Shown piece after piece: positions 13,831-25,328 of a stretch of 64,000 bases of DNA. Source of the DNA: Phoronis australis (taxonomy: Eukaryota; Animalia; Phoronida). The stretch covers positions 353,251 to 417,250 of the forward strand of contig NMRA01000219.1 of the NCBI GenBank assembly GCA_002633005.1, given 5' to 3'. Every line of letters starts with the position of its first letter. The stretch's first letter is position 1. Position numbers and translations under genes: made by a program. The notes below the pieces were generated by a model, which made no database searches, had not been told where the DNA came from, and saw nothing but the letters and a program-made list of their open reading frames with translations.

Positions 13831-14587
13831 AAGTTTTCTTATCAGAATTCAAAAATTGCTGTACCAGAAATTCTCCCATCCGTTATGCCTAAAATGATGC
13901 AATGCATAACTTATGGGCTTAAAGAGAAAAACAATCTACCGTGCGTTTTGCAACTCCAACCGCCATGGCCAGGCATGCAACAAAAACGTGCTCTAGGTTT
14001 ACCTAATGCCTAAATTGCGAGCTGAAAAAATATTTATCATCTCTGATAAAGCTATTTAGAAACAAAGCAACTGGACTGATGTTGAAAGTAATGTTGCTGG
14101 TCAACTCTGCACAACTACATTAATGTATGTTTTTAACATAAGATGGGAAATAAAACTGCAGCATAACTGTTGGTAATGCACAGTCTCACGAACTCATACG
14201 ACAGTATAAGAATAAGTCTGATGTAAGTACCTACTTTCGTATTGTAGAAACATCCAAGGGGACCAACTATAATCTACGAATTGTATAAATTATTTAATGT
14301 CACACAGTAGGGAGATTATATGAATATTGTAATGCGACATAGTGATATCATATTGGAACTGACCTCCACAAAAACTAAACTACATGTTCAGTACGCAATA
14401 AAATGCTTGCCAGCAACGATTTGTGGTATACACAAAGCTAAATTAGAAAACACAAACCTGAAATGTTTTGACTCCATTTTCATTCGTTGGCGGAAATTTA
14501 ATGAGCAGAGCACATAGATTAAAATCAGCGTCAAAATTGATTTCGCACCATGACTGCCTTTCAGGTAGTCTTTTTTGTAAAAATGAA

Positions 14588-14790
14588 TACCGTAATCGTT
14601 CGGGTTAACGCCCATGCTCAGTTAACCGCCCATCCCCAACTTTAAGTGGATTTTCGATTTAACCGCCCACTGCTCGGTTAAGCGCACCCTGCGATTTTTG
14701 AAGATTTCCAGTTAAGCGCCCACCTCTCGGTTAAGCGCCCATCCCCGACTTTTAAAGAATGAAGATTTAGCGCCTAGTGCTAAGGAAACG
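14588..14790 (+). mobile_element. Tc1/mariner-type MITE end with subterminal TTAAGCGCCC / TTAACCGCCC repeats
   Basis: TACCGTA terminus followed by about six copies of the motif. Confidence 0.55.
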
Positions 14791-16018
14791 CGCGTTTCCC
14801 CGACTTTTAGAAAAAGATCGATGATCATAATGAGTGCAACGACGCCGGGACTCCGAGACGGTGATTTAGCAATCTGAATTACAATACAGGTAACGAGTTA
14901 TTGTCTTGGGTCATGAACTCACTTCAAAATATAATACTTGAACCTTTTTGTCACTTTATTTTCTTCCCTTGTTTGCAATGTTTAAGAATGCCGCCGGCGT
15001 CAAAACCTCCGCTTTCAGCGACTTTGTCTGCCGCGCTGAGTTTCCGTCTGCAGTGCAATAGATAAAACATATATTCGAAAAAATCAGGCCAGAGAAATGT
15101 TACAATGGTTTCGCCAACCCTCCAAATTCTATTAAGGTGGGAAGCTCTCGTATTTTGAACAAATCTCACAACTCACGGAAAGATGTCAAATTCTCATTAT
15201 TTTGATGAATACAACTGCCGGGTTATAGAGGATGTGGGGCGATCGAAGGGACACTACAAGTGCCTTACTGGGTTACCGATTTCGTTGCTGCCTGTAGATT
15301 TCTGAATTCAAACGTTGGCAATAATGTATGTTTGTGTATGATCTTGAAGTAATAAAAAACGGCTAGTCAAATTTTGTTTTTCGCTTATTGCATCTCAGTC
15401 AAACTGGTTAGCAGATTTAACTAATGTCGCTGGCTGTTCTTTACTATTTCTTGCGTCAGCCCCCACGTAAGCGTGACTGTGTGAATTATCGTTTCCACAT
15501 CCCCTTTTTCGCCATCCAGAATAATTTTGTTTAAATACATTTTCAGCCTGAACAAAAATTCTTACCATTCGAGTCTGAAATATCTACGACGTAGACTGCT
15601 TGACGATAGTGGGTAGGAGATTCACGAAGCTAGTTACAGGGATGGTCTTAGGGAGCTTCGAGCCGGGAAATATGGGAATAGACTTGACATCGCAGTTTTG
15701 GGAAACATTGGCAACGGAGGAATATCGTAAAGAACTGGGTCTTTCGTAACAACAGCTTAAAAGTACATAGTCACGCCCGTTTTTGTTACTTCGTCGAACT
15801 GCCGTTATGTGTGACTGATTTGTAGTGGTGCATGTGCGCAAGTTCCCACACTTTGGAGTGCATGTTACCTTGACACCAACATGTGATTGACAGGTGACTC
15901 ACACGTAGGCCCTACGTGCGTGCTGAATACCGCCACTATCTTTGGCCATAAAAAACGAGATGCGTATTGAAAGAGGCCGTTATATTACTTGTAATAATTC
16001 TCCTAAAGATGCTTAAAA

Positions 16019-16470
16019 TGCACCGGATAAGGTCAATTAGTGCAAAGGTCGTGTAACGTTCAAAATGTTTTTCTCTTACGTTTTTCAAGGAATTCATTTC
16101 AATTTCAGCACACTGGTGTAAGTCAACATGCCAGTTGAATACCCTACTTTACTTCGCAATAGGCCTAACCAATCAGAAAAATAGGTCAAAGGTCATTGAG
16201 CGCAAACTAAAATTTTGAGCTAGAGACTTCAGAATTACGTATCTGTTTACTAAGTGCGATTGAGTTTGAATTCTAAATTTTCAGGTCATTTGGTGCACCC
16301 ATGGGTCATTAGGTGCATTTTCTTCTGAAAGTTTGACCACTTTATCATCTTATATTCTGAAGTGCTTAAAGTAAAACATCTGTGATTATTAATCGAGTTA
16401 AGAATTACTCCCTCATCGGGGCTCATAATGCACCGGAAGAGGTCAATTAGTGGAAAGGTCATCAAAAAAT
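16019..16470 (+). repeat. Dispersed repeat with TGCACCGGA..AGGTCAATTAGTG.AAAGGT units; inverted relative at about 44490-44930
   Basis: Motif at 16019 and 16429; reverse complement ACCTTTGCACCAATTGACCCTCTCAGGTGCA near 44751. Confidence 0.55.
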
Positions 16471-16821
16471 TAATATGTAATTTCTCCTACAATTTTAAAG
16501 AATTCCTTTTCATATTGGTAAACGGGTTGCTGTCAGTAACTTCCCATAATAATTCCAGTAATACGCACGCGCAGAGTCTTTTATTGTCACGCCGTGACAA
16601 TAATCTTTCTAGTTGTGAGCATGTACCTTAATGTGCACATGTGGGTTGGGCACATTTTTCTCATGAGAAAAGCTTTTAGACATTTTTCGCAAATGTCTGC
16701 ACTGGTTCTACTGATTCCATTGTATAACCACATGATCAAAGTTTCATTGAAGCACTTCAATTGTTCCTTTGTTGGGTTAATCCAGACCGACACAGTAGGG
16801 TGGCTTGGATACTTTAAACCT

Positions 16822-16977
16822 GGCGTGCGTTCAGTAACGCTAGGACCTACGCGGCTAGGACCTAGCTAAACTCTAGCCAAAGTCACGTGTCCTTACTTAA
16901 AATACACGGCAATATCTCACGTAATTTCACGAAGTCTTGCTTTTTAGCGAGATCCTAGCGTTACTGAACGGCACGCT
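16822..16977. mobile_element. MITE (PIF/Harbinger-like)
   Basis: TIR GCGTGCGTTCAGTAACGCTAGGA versus TCCTAGCGTTACTGAACGGCACGC. Confidence 0.75.
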
Positions 16978-17858
16978 GGTTTTACTATACCGGCTCCTTT
17001 GTCTAACAAAACCAGGCTTTCAGACTTTTAAACTACGTTGATGAAATGCAGGTTAGGTCTAAATTTAGACCAGGTTTAGGAGGACCAGGTTTAAGTCTTT
17101 GTTAAAGCACCTTCATGAAATCGGCTGCTAGTGTTTATTTTTCGTACCCGTTGGTTTAATTTGTTTTGTTCGAAATCGGCGATTTGTTAGGCCATTGTCT
17201 TTAAGCACCAGCTAACCCGTTTTAGGTCCGACTAGCCATTTTTTGGGTGCGGNAAGTGGTTTTGAAGTCCGACCAATTGTTGATTCTCCCCTCTTGATTA
17301 TTCCGCGCATCGACCGAGATCGAAGGAAATGGTCTACACGCGGAATAATGTCTCGTGGGATATTTTTATTCCTCGTATCGACCGAAACCTCCGACCTCAC
17401 GACCCTGGGACTGGTCGCGAGAGTTTGCAACCCAGTTTTGAACGAGTGTTGTACATATCAAATCAAGCCTAATTTTATCGCTTCGTTTTCGTTTTCGTTT
17501 TGTCATTATTGTTCATCAAGCGAGACCCTTGAAGTAGGTTAAGTACAATCAGCGATTTCTTAGTGAAATTAGTCATCAAAACCAACAATTACACTGGTAT
17601 TTTTTTATAAGCACCAAACTGTGGCCCTGGCTGGATGCTAGGAATAGTTTGGCTTCTGATATCTATTCAACTCCAGTTGTATAGTTACTTTCGACAACCT
17701 ATTAAACTGCATGCCTCGATTTTTTTTTAAAAAGACATTTTTGGGTGTTGAATTCGTGTTACATTAATTTATGGAAAGAAGTAACATTTAGTTTGTCAGT
17801 GTTTGCTCTGCAGTTATAAACCTAAATGAAAAGCTTAGCAGGGGCGGATCTACGTTTT

Positions 17859-18162
17859 CAGCAAGGGGGGGTTTAGGATTCCTGCCAAGGTCGAATCCTA
17901 GGCGCGTGGCTCCGAGCGGGGGGAGGTCGGGAGTGGGGTTCCCCTCCCGTGTAAGAAATTTTTTTGTTTTTGTAGCCAAATAGTGAAATTTCCATGCATC
18001 CCGGTAAGTTNCAGCAAGGGGGGGTTAGGATTCCCGCCAAGGTCGAATCGTAGGCGCGTGGCGCCGAGCGGGGGGAGGTCGGGAGGGGGGTTTCCCTTCC
18101 CGTGTAAGAATTTTTTTGTTTTTGTAAACAAATAGTTAAATTTCCATGCATCCTGGTAAGTT
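17859..18162 (+). repeat. Two diverged tandem copies of an about 152-nt unit joined at an N
   Basis: Direct comparison of 17859-18010 with 18012-18162. Confidence 0.85.
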
Positions 18163-19125
18163 TCTGGCACTTAACATGTCTCTGCAGTTTTTCTTAAGAT
18201 AATTAAAAACCCTTCTAGATTTCGTCACATGAACTTGGCGCATAAGTTTCGTGAAACCATATTGTGTACATCTGGGTATGAGTCACGCCACCAGCAAAAA
18301 TTTTTGTTGGAACATCTGCTTACACACACCTTTTTTAGCATACGAAAAGTCGTATACGAAAAAGTGTGGTGTGTATACAGGGGCTTAAACAATTTCCAAA
18401 TATTCAAGAGCATAATTAAGGCGCACCGTCTGGGCGTAAAAACTTGAATATCAGATGATCACGTAACACAGCAGCCTCAAGTTGTTTAAGAACGAAGACC
18501 TACTGTATACTGTTCGTCCGGAAATAAACATGTGTTCTGTCTCGTTACGAGAAAAACTGGCGAACGATGGTGCTCTCAACTCATAGTCTATTATTACAAG
18601 CGACAATAAATAATTAAGTATCACTTTATTAAGCTGAATCACGTTGACAACAATTGAAAAACGTCAAATCTATCAGGAAACAAATCATCTGAAAACAGTT
18701 TCACGAAACCAAAACATCCTGTGCACAGTGGTGAAAAGATACACTGGACTAGTTTGAAGAGGGACCAGATGCAGATGTACACTGAGAGTACACCTGTGCT
18801 AATTATCCCTATAAAAATAGTCGATCTGTCGCGGGACCAAACAGTACTGGCTGAGATAAATAGTTTTACAAAGCACATTTTGGTAAAAAAATCACAAGAC
18901 TAGTTCGCCGAGGGAGCAGAAGTACACCGTACTGAAACTCAACATCGGCACTAGGTCGGCACTAGGGCTCCTTCGGAGGCCTATTGAACATCGCACGAGT
19001 CCCGCAAGACTTTGTTATGAAAGAACAGCCTCCCTGCAATTTCTGGTACTGTACACTTTTCGCGAATGCGGTCACTTTCTCAATGTGAGTTCCCCCTTGG
19101 TCATTCCTTGTATAGACATAACTTG

Positions 19126-19324
19126 TTATAGAGAGTGTCTTCAAACGGACTCGCGACCAGACCACGGCGCCCGCCACAATAGCAATTCTTCGGAAAAAGA
19201 TTTTTTTTTCAAAAATATTACATGATTATAGAGTGTGTCTTCAAACGGACTCGCGACCAGACCACGGCGCCCGCCACAATAGCAATTCTTCGGAAAAAGA
19301 ATTTTTTTCAAAACTATTACATGT
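19126..19324 (+). repeat. Tandem duplication, about 100-nt period
   Basis: GTGTCTTCAAACGGACTCGCGACCAGACCACGGCGCCCGCCACAATAGC occurs twice. Confidence 0.9.
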
Positions 19325-21424
19325 ACATGTAGATGTACACTGTATGATATTGTGCAAGACAACTTTACTATACATCAGTTACAAACGTGTGGAGTGTAAT
19401 AGAATGACACGGCATGACAGATGAGATAAAAACGTTGCACGTCAATTCGCCTGAATATGTGGGTTGCGGCACCGCAGTATTTCCACTAATCAAATAAAAA
19501 CATATTTTAGAGTAAAGAAGCTAGTTACTTAAAGAAATCAACTATAGAACTGCTCTTTCAGGGGTGAATCCATTTAAAATGCTTGGCTACTTCAGAAGTG
19601 TCGACGGAAGCGCGCGCACAATAAATCCCCGCGCGTTTTGCCGATGAGCCTCAAAGACTCAGCAATTCACAATGCAAAACAACTATATTTTCAAAGTGAA
19701 CCCCCCCTCTCAATTTTTTTCCAAAGTGGTTTACTTGGGGTTTACACACGTTGGCGGTGCCGTTTTTGTTTTGCTGGAGACGCTTTTGTTTTTTTTTTAA
19801 TTTTTGGGTCCTGGCCCGAGGGGGGGTTTAAACCCCCTAAACCCCCCCGTAGATCCGCCACTGATATGTACTCGTGTTACTCGTGTTATGAAGCAGTCGT
19901 GTCGTAACACCTTGCAAGTCATGTGAGAAATGCTTATCCTTGTCAGAAAGTCCACGTCAAGCTTACTNGTTTATGCTCATCATAGTCGGACCCGAGTCTA
20001 TAGTTGAGCGATTACGACATCTTAACTTTTATTTACAATTATATCTCTGTGTTATTCTCCACCTTTAGCTTAAGTTCCATTTTCTTCATGTTTCTGATAA
20101 ATTTAGAGTCGTAGACTAGCCCAACCGGCTAATGTTAATCTGTTCTTCGCATGGAACGACGGTTAAATAAAGATTCTTGTTCTTGATTCTTCAGTGACGG
20201 ATGCAAACCTAATTGATTTAACCGTTCACATATTCCTCCCATTCTTTGCCATAAGTTATACTAAAGGAGAAAATGGGTGATGAAGAGGCAGTAATTACAT
20301 ATCTTTTTTACAGTGAACAAAAAAAAAATCACCTGATTGTCCAAATGAATGTTCCATTCCAAGTTCATGTATACGCGATCTTGAGATAAAGCAGGATTCA
20401 AAGTTCACGCACAGCAGAGCTCCATCGTTCGTCTTTGCTATAATCTTTTAACAATAGGAGACGCTGTACTGTGTCACTGATCATATTAGGTGATGATGGG
20501 GAAAACCCGCCTGTGACTTTTCGTCCGGCACTGATAATTTTAGAACCTGCTGATGTCAGCGGTGTTGTGTTTGTGGTCTACGTGTTTAAGTCTAGAAACA
20601 AGGTATCGTATATTTACAGTTTGGGAAAATGTTTGAGTCATGCCTGTGAGACACGTTGATAACATCTCTTCTTCCTTCTTCTACTTGGTTTACCCTCAGA
20701 TCACACAGGCACCTAATTACTAAATTAGCCCTCGACGATATACTATCGTCCAGGGCTGTGCTAAGATTATAAGTCTGTCCGAGGTTTACTTTAACTTTTC
20801 TTTAATACACTCTCTCTGTTACGTCACTTTATTGAAGATCAACAAAAACGAGAACAAACAAGTTGTGGACGTCACTTCAGAGGTTGTCATTGCCTAGTTG
20901 AAAGCTAGATCGTTTTCAGATAAGGCAGACAGTAAGTGGTTGTCCCAGGGCCGAATGGAGGCACCCCACTATGTTACTTCAGTCTTCAGAATGGCAGATA
21001 GCTTGCTATTGGAATACTATAGTCACGTGGATGACCTAATCTGGTACAGATGCCAGAGACCTGCCTGCTATGGCACATCAGAGTTGATGATTACCTACTT
21101 TTTATTAGTATCATATTTGTAAAACATTTTCAGTCGACAGATTTTGTGTCTGTGGCTGAGGGTGGGTTTCTAACATTGAACCAACAGAGTATAGACAATT
21201 GAACCAACAGAGGATAGACAATTGAACCATCTCGTGACTCAACGAGCAGCTTGAGCCTCCCGCTCTTGCTGCAGTCTTTATTCATGGGTATATGGGTCCC
21301 GAACAGTAGAGGCGTATATTCCAAAGGTGGGTCAAACCATTGTTTTATATGCAAATTCCTTACAGCATTGGCTGCTTAATTTTATACGCAATTAAGTCAT
21401 TACTGATGCCGTTTACCTGTTGAC

Positions 21425-22230
21425 AACTGTGGCGCCTCCTTATGGCAGATTTTTACGCCCATGGCTGTATCTCCTAATCCTCTGCAGGATCTGTATTGAA
21501 ATATAATATAAACTTGGGAAGAATTGACAACAACTTTTGGATGGATCGGACTACCGGTATGCCCCCTAGTGGCAAATTTAGTTTTTTAATTTTACCTCTG
21601 TATCTTCAAAGGTCCTCAACTGATTTTTGTAAAATTTGGCAGATAGGCATCAGATGTTAGTGGGCTGACGCTATCTTTTGGTTTTTGGTTTGATTCGTGG
21701 TATTTTGCACCACCTTAGCGGCCAGTTTTACTGTTTTCGAGTCTTGTTATTTGGCATCTCCCCTCTGTCAACCAAACTACTCTAAGGATGGTTGTGGAAT
21801 GTTGTGCATGTTCCCAGTGGCGGATTTAGAGGGGGGCCATGGCCCCCCCGTAAAACTCTCCCGGCAGATTTCATTTGGCAGTTCGCGGGTGCGCCGTCTG
21901 ACGGGCAAAATCCTGGCTAATACTCTGAGCTGGCTCCTCCTAAATAAAAATCATGGATCCGCCCCAGGTTCCTAATGTGAAGCGGAAGTCGATTTTCCGA
22001 CGACCTCATCTACTGTGGTGCATCTTAGTGGCAGTTATGTTCTTTTTTGGGTCAGCTAATTGCAATTTCATTTTTTTTTCGTTTCTCAGAAGTGCCTGAT
22101 GGATTAATGTATGAAATTTGGTAAATACCTTTGATGACACATACCAGTTTTTGGATGGATTTGATGTATTTTGCGTCATCTAATGACCATTTTATGTTCC
22201 AAATAAACACCCCTAGAAGCACACCTTGTT
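21425..22230 (+). mobile_element. Helentron-type repeat copy (same family as 5827-6876)
   Basis: GCCCCCTAGTGGC, GTATCTTCAAAGGTCCTCAA and CCCTAGAAGCACACC shared with other copies. Confidence 0.65.
21815..21967. mobile_element. Short MITE nested in the Helentron-type repeat
   Basis: CAGTGGCGGATTTA ... TGGATCCGCCCCAG flanked by GTTCC direct repeats (21810-21814, 21968-21972). Confidence 0.75.
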
Positions 22231-23199
22231 TATAAATTTGGAATCTCAACTTCTTGTGAATACTTGGCAATGTTGTATTTACATGTATAGATCAATGTGA
22301 CAAAGGGACATTTCCCCTGAACTGCCCTACCGAGAGAGTGTACGTCCCGTCTAAACTGGGACACACTAAGATAAAAAGGGTAAACATCATTAAGCTTGGA
22401 GAAGTGACAGTTCATTCCACCAGGCATGTGGTCACACGGCAGTGGAGGAAGACTTTCTTCAACATGAAAGCCAGTTCCATGATTTCACAAAGAACAGGAA
22501 AACAGTCAGTAGTAATCGATTCCAACAGTGGGCCCTCTCTCTGTGAGTGACCCCTTAAGAATTTGTCAATAGAAACACAAAAAGGGTGGCTACATGGAAG
22601 TCATCAGTGGCCCTCCTCAAGGGCTTGGCCATTGCATAGGAAAAGATCTATATTTTCAAAAATCAGGAAATATACGCAGCAATTGATGTTATTTATCAAG
22701 TCATCAATTTTTCTCAAGTGCACTATTTCGAGAAAAAAAAATAAAGCGACAGTTGTCTTCGTAATGCCTCAGGAAAAAATTAGTTTTGCATTTAATTCGC
22801 AAAATTGTCTTATCGAATTTAAAAATCCAGTAAATGAATATGCTCCGCAATAGCTCCGCTTTACAAATTTTCTCAATTGTTCGAAATATACATATGAATG
22901 ATTAAGTACACGTTTTGAATTGTGTTTAGATTACCTGTGCTGCAAACACAGTGACCCTAAGTAACGACAATGTCCTGGCCAGTTCCCTAAAAAGGTAAAC
23001 TTGATACTCAATTTCTCTTGAATATTCTCTTTTATCCGTTTTTCGCAGTCCTTCTTTTCTTGACTGTCCCCGGCCCCATGCCTTAAATCGGTTGCCATGG
23101 TTTAACCCTGACACTCCTGAAAATTTGTTTGGGGGCACGTGCCCCTGGCCCCCCTGCTTCCTGCGGCCCTGAAAGTTTAATGGTCTTTAATGACTCTAG

Positions 23200-23421
23200 C
23201 TCCTCTAGTATTCACCATTGTTATCTAAGGCAAACTCAGTCACGCTGTTCACTTCCAGAATGAAATTATTAGGGGTTGAAGTTTTCAAACATGTAAATGG
23301 TATTGGTCATTGTCTATATTGCCGCAATGTTTCACTATTTGGAAGCTGTCATGTGGTAGAAACTCAACTCCCTGTTAACGTTTTCTTTGAACGACGTTAA
23401 ATAAAGATTTTTGATTCTTGA
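23200..23421 (+). mobile_element. CR1/L2/Crack-group LINE 3' fragment
   Basis: LLSKANSVTLFTSRMKLLGVEVFKHVNG resembles the ORF2 C-terminal motif; tail GAACGACGTTAAATAAAGATT(TTGATTC) also seen at about 20153-20192. Confidence 0.6.
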
Positions 23422-24129
23422 TGTCAGGGGTGAAAACCTGTTTGACGGTTACGAAGCCCTGAATACCACAACTTGTGGGACAAACTGGATTAAACATCAC
23501 CCAGGGAGTAACCAGTTGACGGACAATGTTAGATTGTACAGATGTATTAGTCACTTTCAGCAGTAGACTGTCAAGTTTTTTGAAACATGAATGTATACCT
23601 GTGAGAGTTGGTCTTCGTGTATTATTATGTCTTTTGATAAGTGAAATAAGAAATCAATCACCAAGTATCAGGAAAAGCATTTTGTAAGGCCAGAGATTCT
23701 GTGACTTACAGAGTGTCGGTCACAACCCACAGTGATTGAATACTATGCTGGGTAATTTTCGGAGCAAGACATGCGTTTGTTATTATTATGCACATGCAGG
23801 GCCCTTGTTCATGTGAGGGAAAAGATGCCTGTGTCTTCTGAGAGGGGAATTTTTTCGAGTGAGGGGGAAATTCTACCTCCCGATCATCAGTAGCACCCCC
23901 CACCGTTGCAAACTCTCATAGGCTCTGCCTCAAGTAGAGAAAATTAACATTTTGTGCTCTTTCAAACTGTCACCCATGTGATAATTACATCAAGTTACTC
24001 AAACCTCGAGGTTAGTTTTTCAATCTCTTGCAGTCTGGCGGAGGCATGTCATGTAGACGCTCAGCTGGTCATGGCCAAGAACTCCTTTCTATTCACTGTC
24101 TCATAACTATTGATGTTATCATTGCTCTT

Positions 24130-24345
24130 TTAGATCTGCCATGCAATTCACTGGAATGAGGCTTTTGGACCTTCTACTCCTCGCCATGTTTGTGGCCTCC
24201 TCCCAGGTTTGAGGTTTTGTCATTTTAGTTTGCCATAGACTGAATGAATTCAGATTTTTTTTAAAGATTTCAATCTCTTGCGGGGATCTGGATGAACAAC
24301 CTTTTGCCTTCGGTCATCTTGTCCCATTTCGCTATCCGCATTTAT
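24130..24345 (-). mobile_element. RTE-like LINE 3' fragment (decayed)
   Basis: Minus-strand fragments W..TEGKR and TWEEATNMARSR resemble the RTE ORF C-terminus. Confidence 0.35.
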
Positions 24346-25328
24346 TGTGAAAAATAATCTTAGTGTTGGGATTTTGTTTTAAATTTTGTTCAAGACAGAT
24401 TTGATTTAGGATTTATGACTTGGTGAAGTGAAATTTTTCCAAGTATGTTGCTTTGTCGTAATTTTTTTCTTTATTTGTTTGTTATTTTGTTCACATGATA
24501 CAGATCCTAATTCTTATCAGATCAGCCTGACATTTTCAAGCAGCATCTGTCTCGTGAATTCCTCAAAGCCTATTGTTTTGGTTGAAATTGGATGCAAGAT
24601 GATGCTTTGGCAACCGCTAGTCAAAGTGCGAAATGTTCGTGATGGAATCTCAGGGGTTACAGGGACTATAAATTTGACATGCTTTTATCAGCGATTTCAA
24701 TAGTTTAGTACCCCTTCTGGCTGTAGGGGCAATAAACATGGTAATTTCGCCTAGTCTGGCAATGGAACTTAACGCCATCAGGTAACGTGTATGAGCATGA
24801 AATCGCATGTTACCGGCCAAATAAAGATTTGTGGTTTTCTCAGGAATTTCCACCAACCAGAAAAAAAGATGAGGTTTTTCGGGTTGGTCTATCACGACCA
24901 AGATGCGATATGGTCCCATTTGTTTTTTTCTAGGTCCTACTATTCTTGAGTTAGAGAGACCGGCAGCTGATAATTTTATTAGCTTCACATATTCCTAAAT
25001 TTTATTTACCGACCACAGTACAGCCAACAAGCGGCAAGTTGGGGGGTCAGCCATTCGGAACCATGTTTAGTCTAATAAATCACATTAGAAATGAGAGAAA
25101 TTGGGTGAAGTATGACACCACAAAGTTTGGTGGTTTAGGAGATACTAGGGTAGTCTTCTGGGGGGCAAAATGAGGCAATTTCTTGATACGGAATGAATCA
25201 TTTTTTACTGCATTTTCTACTGCAGTTTCTGCTTCAAACAGAATCATTTCTGAATAATTTTGATATCACATGATAGGTTCATGACCAATGCAAGAAAAAA
25301 CAGCACCGACACTAAAATATTAGTTACC

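Larger units (their letters stand above)
17839..19863. mobile_element. Putative 2-kb hAT-like non-autonomous element
   Basis: CAGGGGCGGATCTACG ... CGTAGATCCGCCACTG (15/16 inverted match); related ends at 2188, 21815 and 54069; no TSD. Confidence 0.5.

Noticed and set aside
17859-18162. 152-nt duplication as a biologically meaningful repeat
   Set aside because: The copies are joined exactly at an N, so an assembly join of two haplotypes cannot be excluded.
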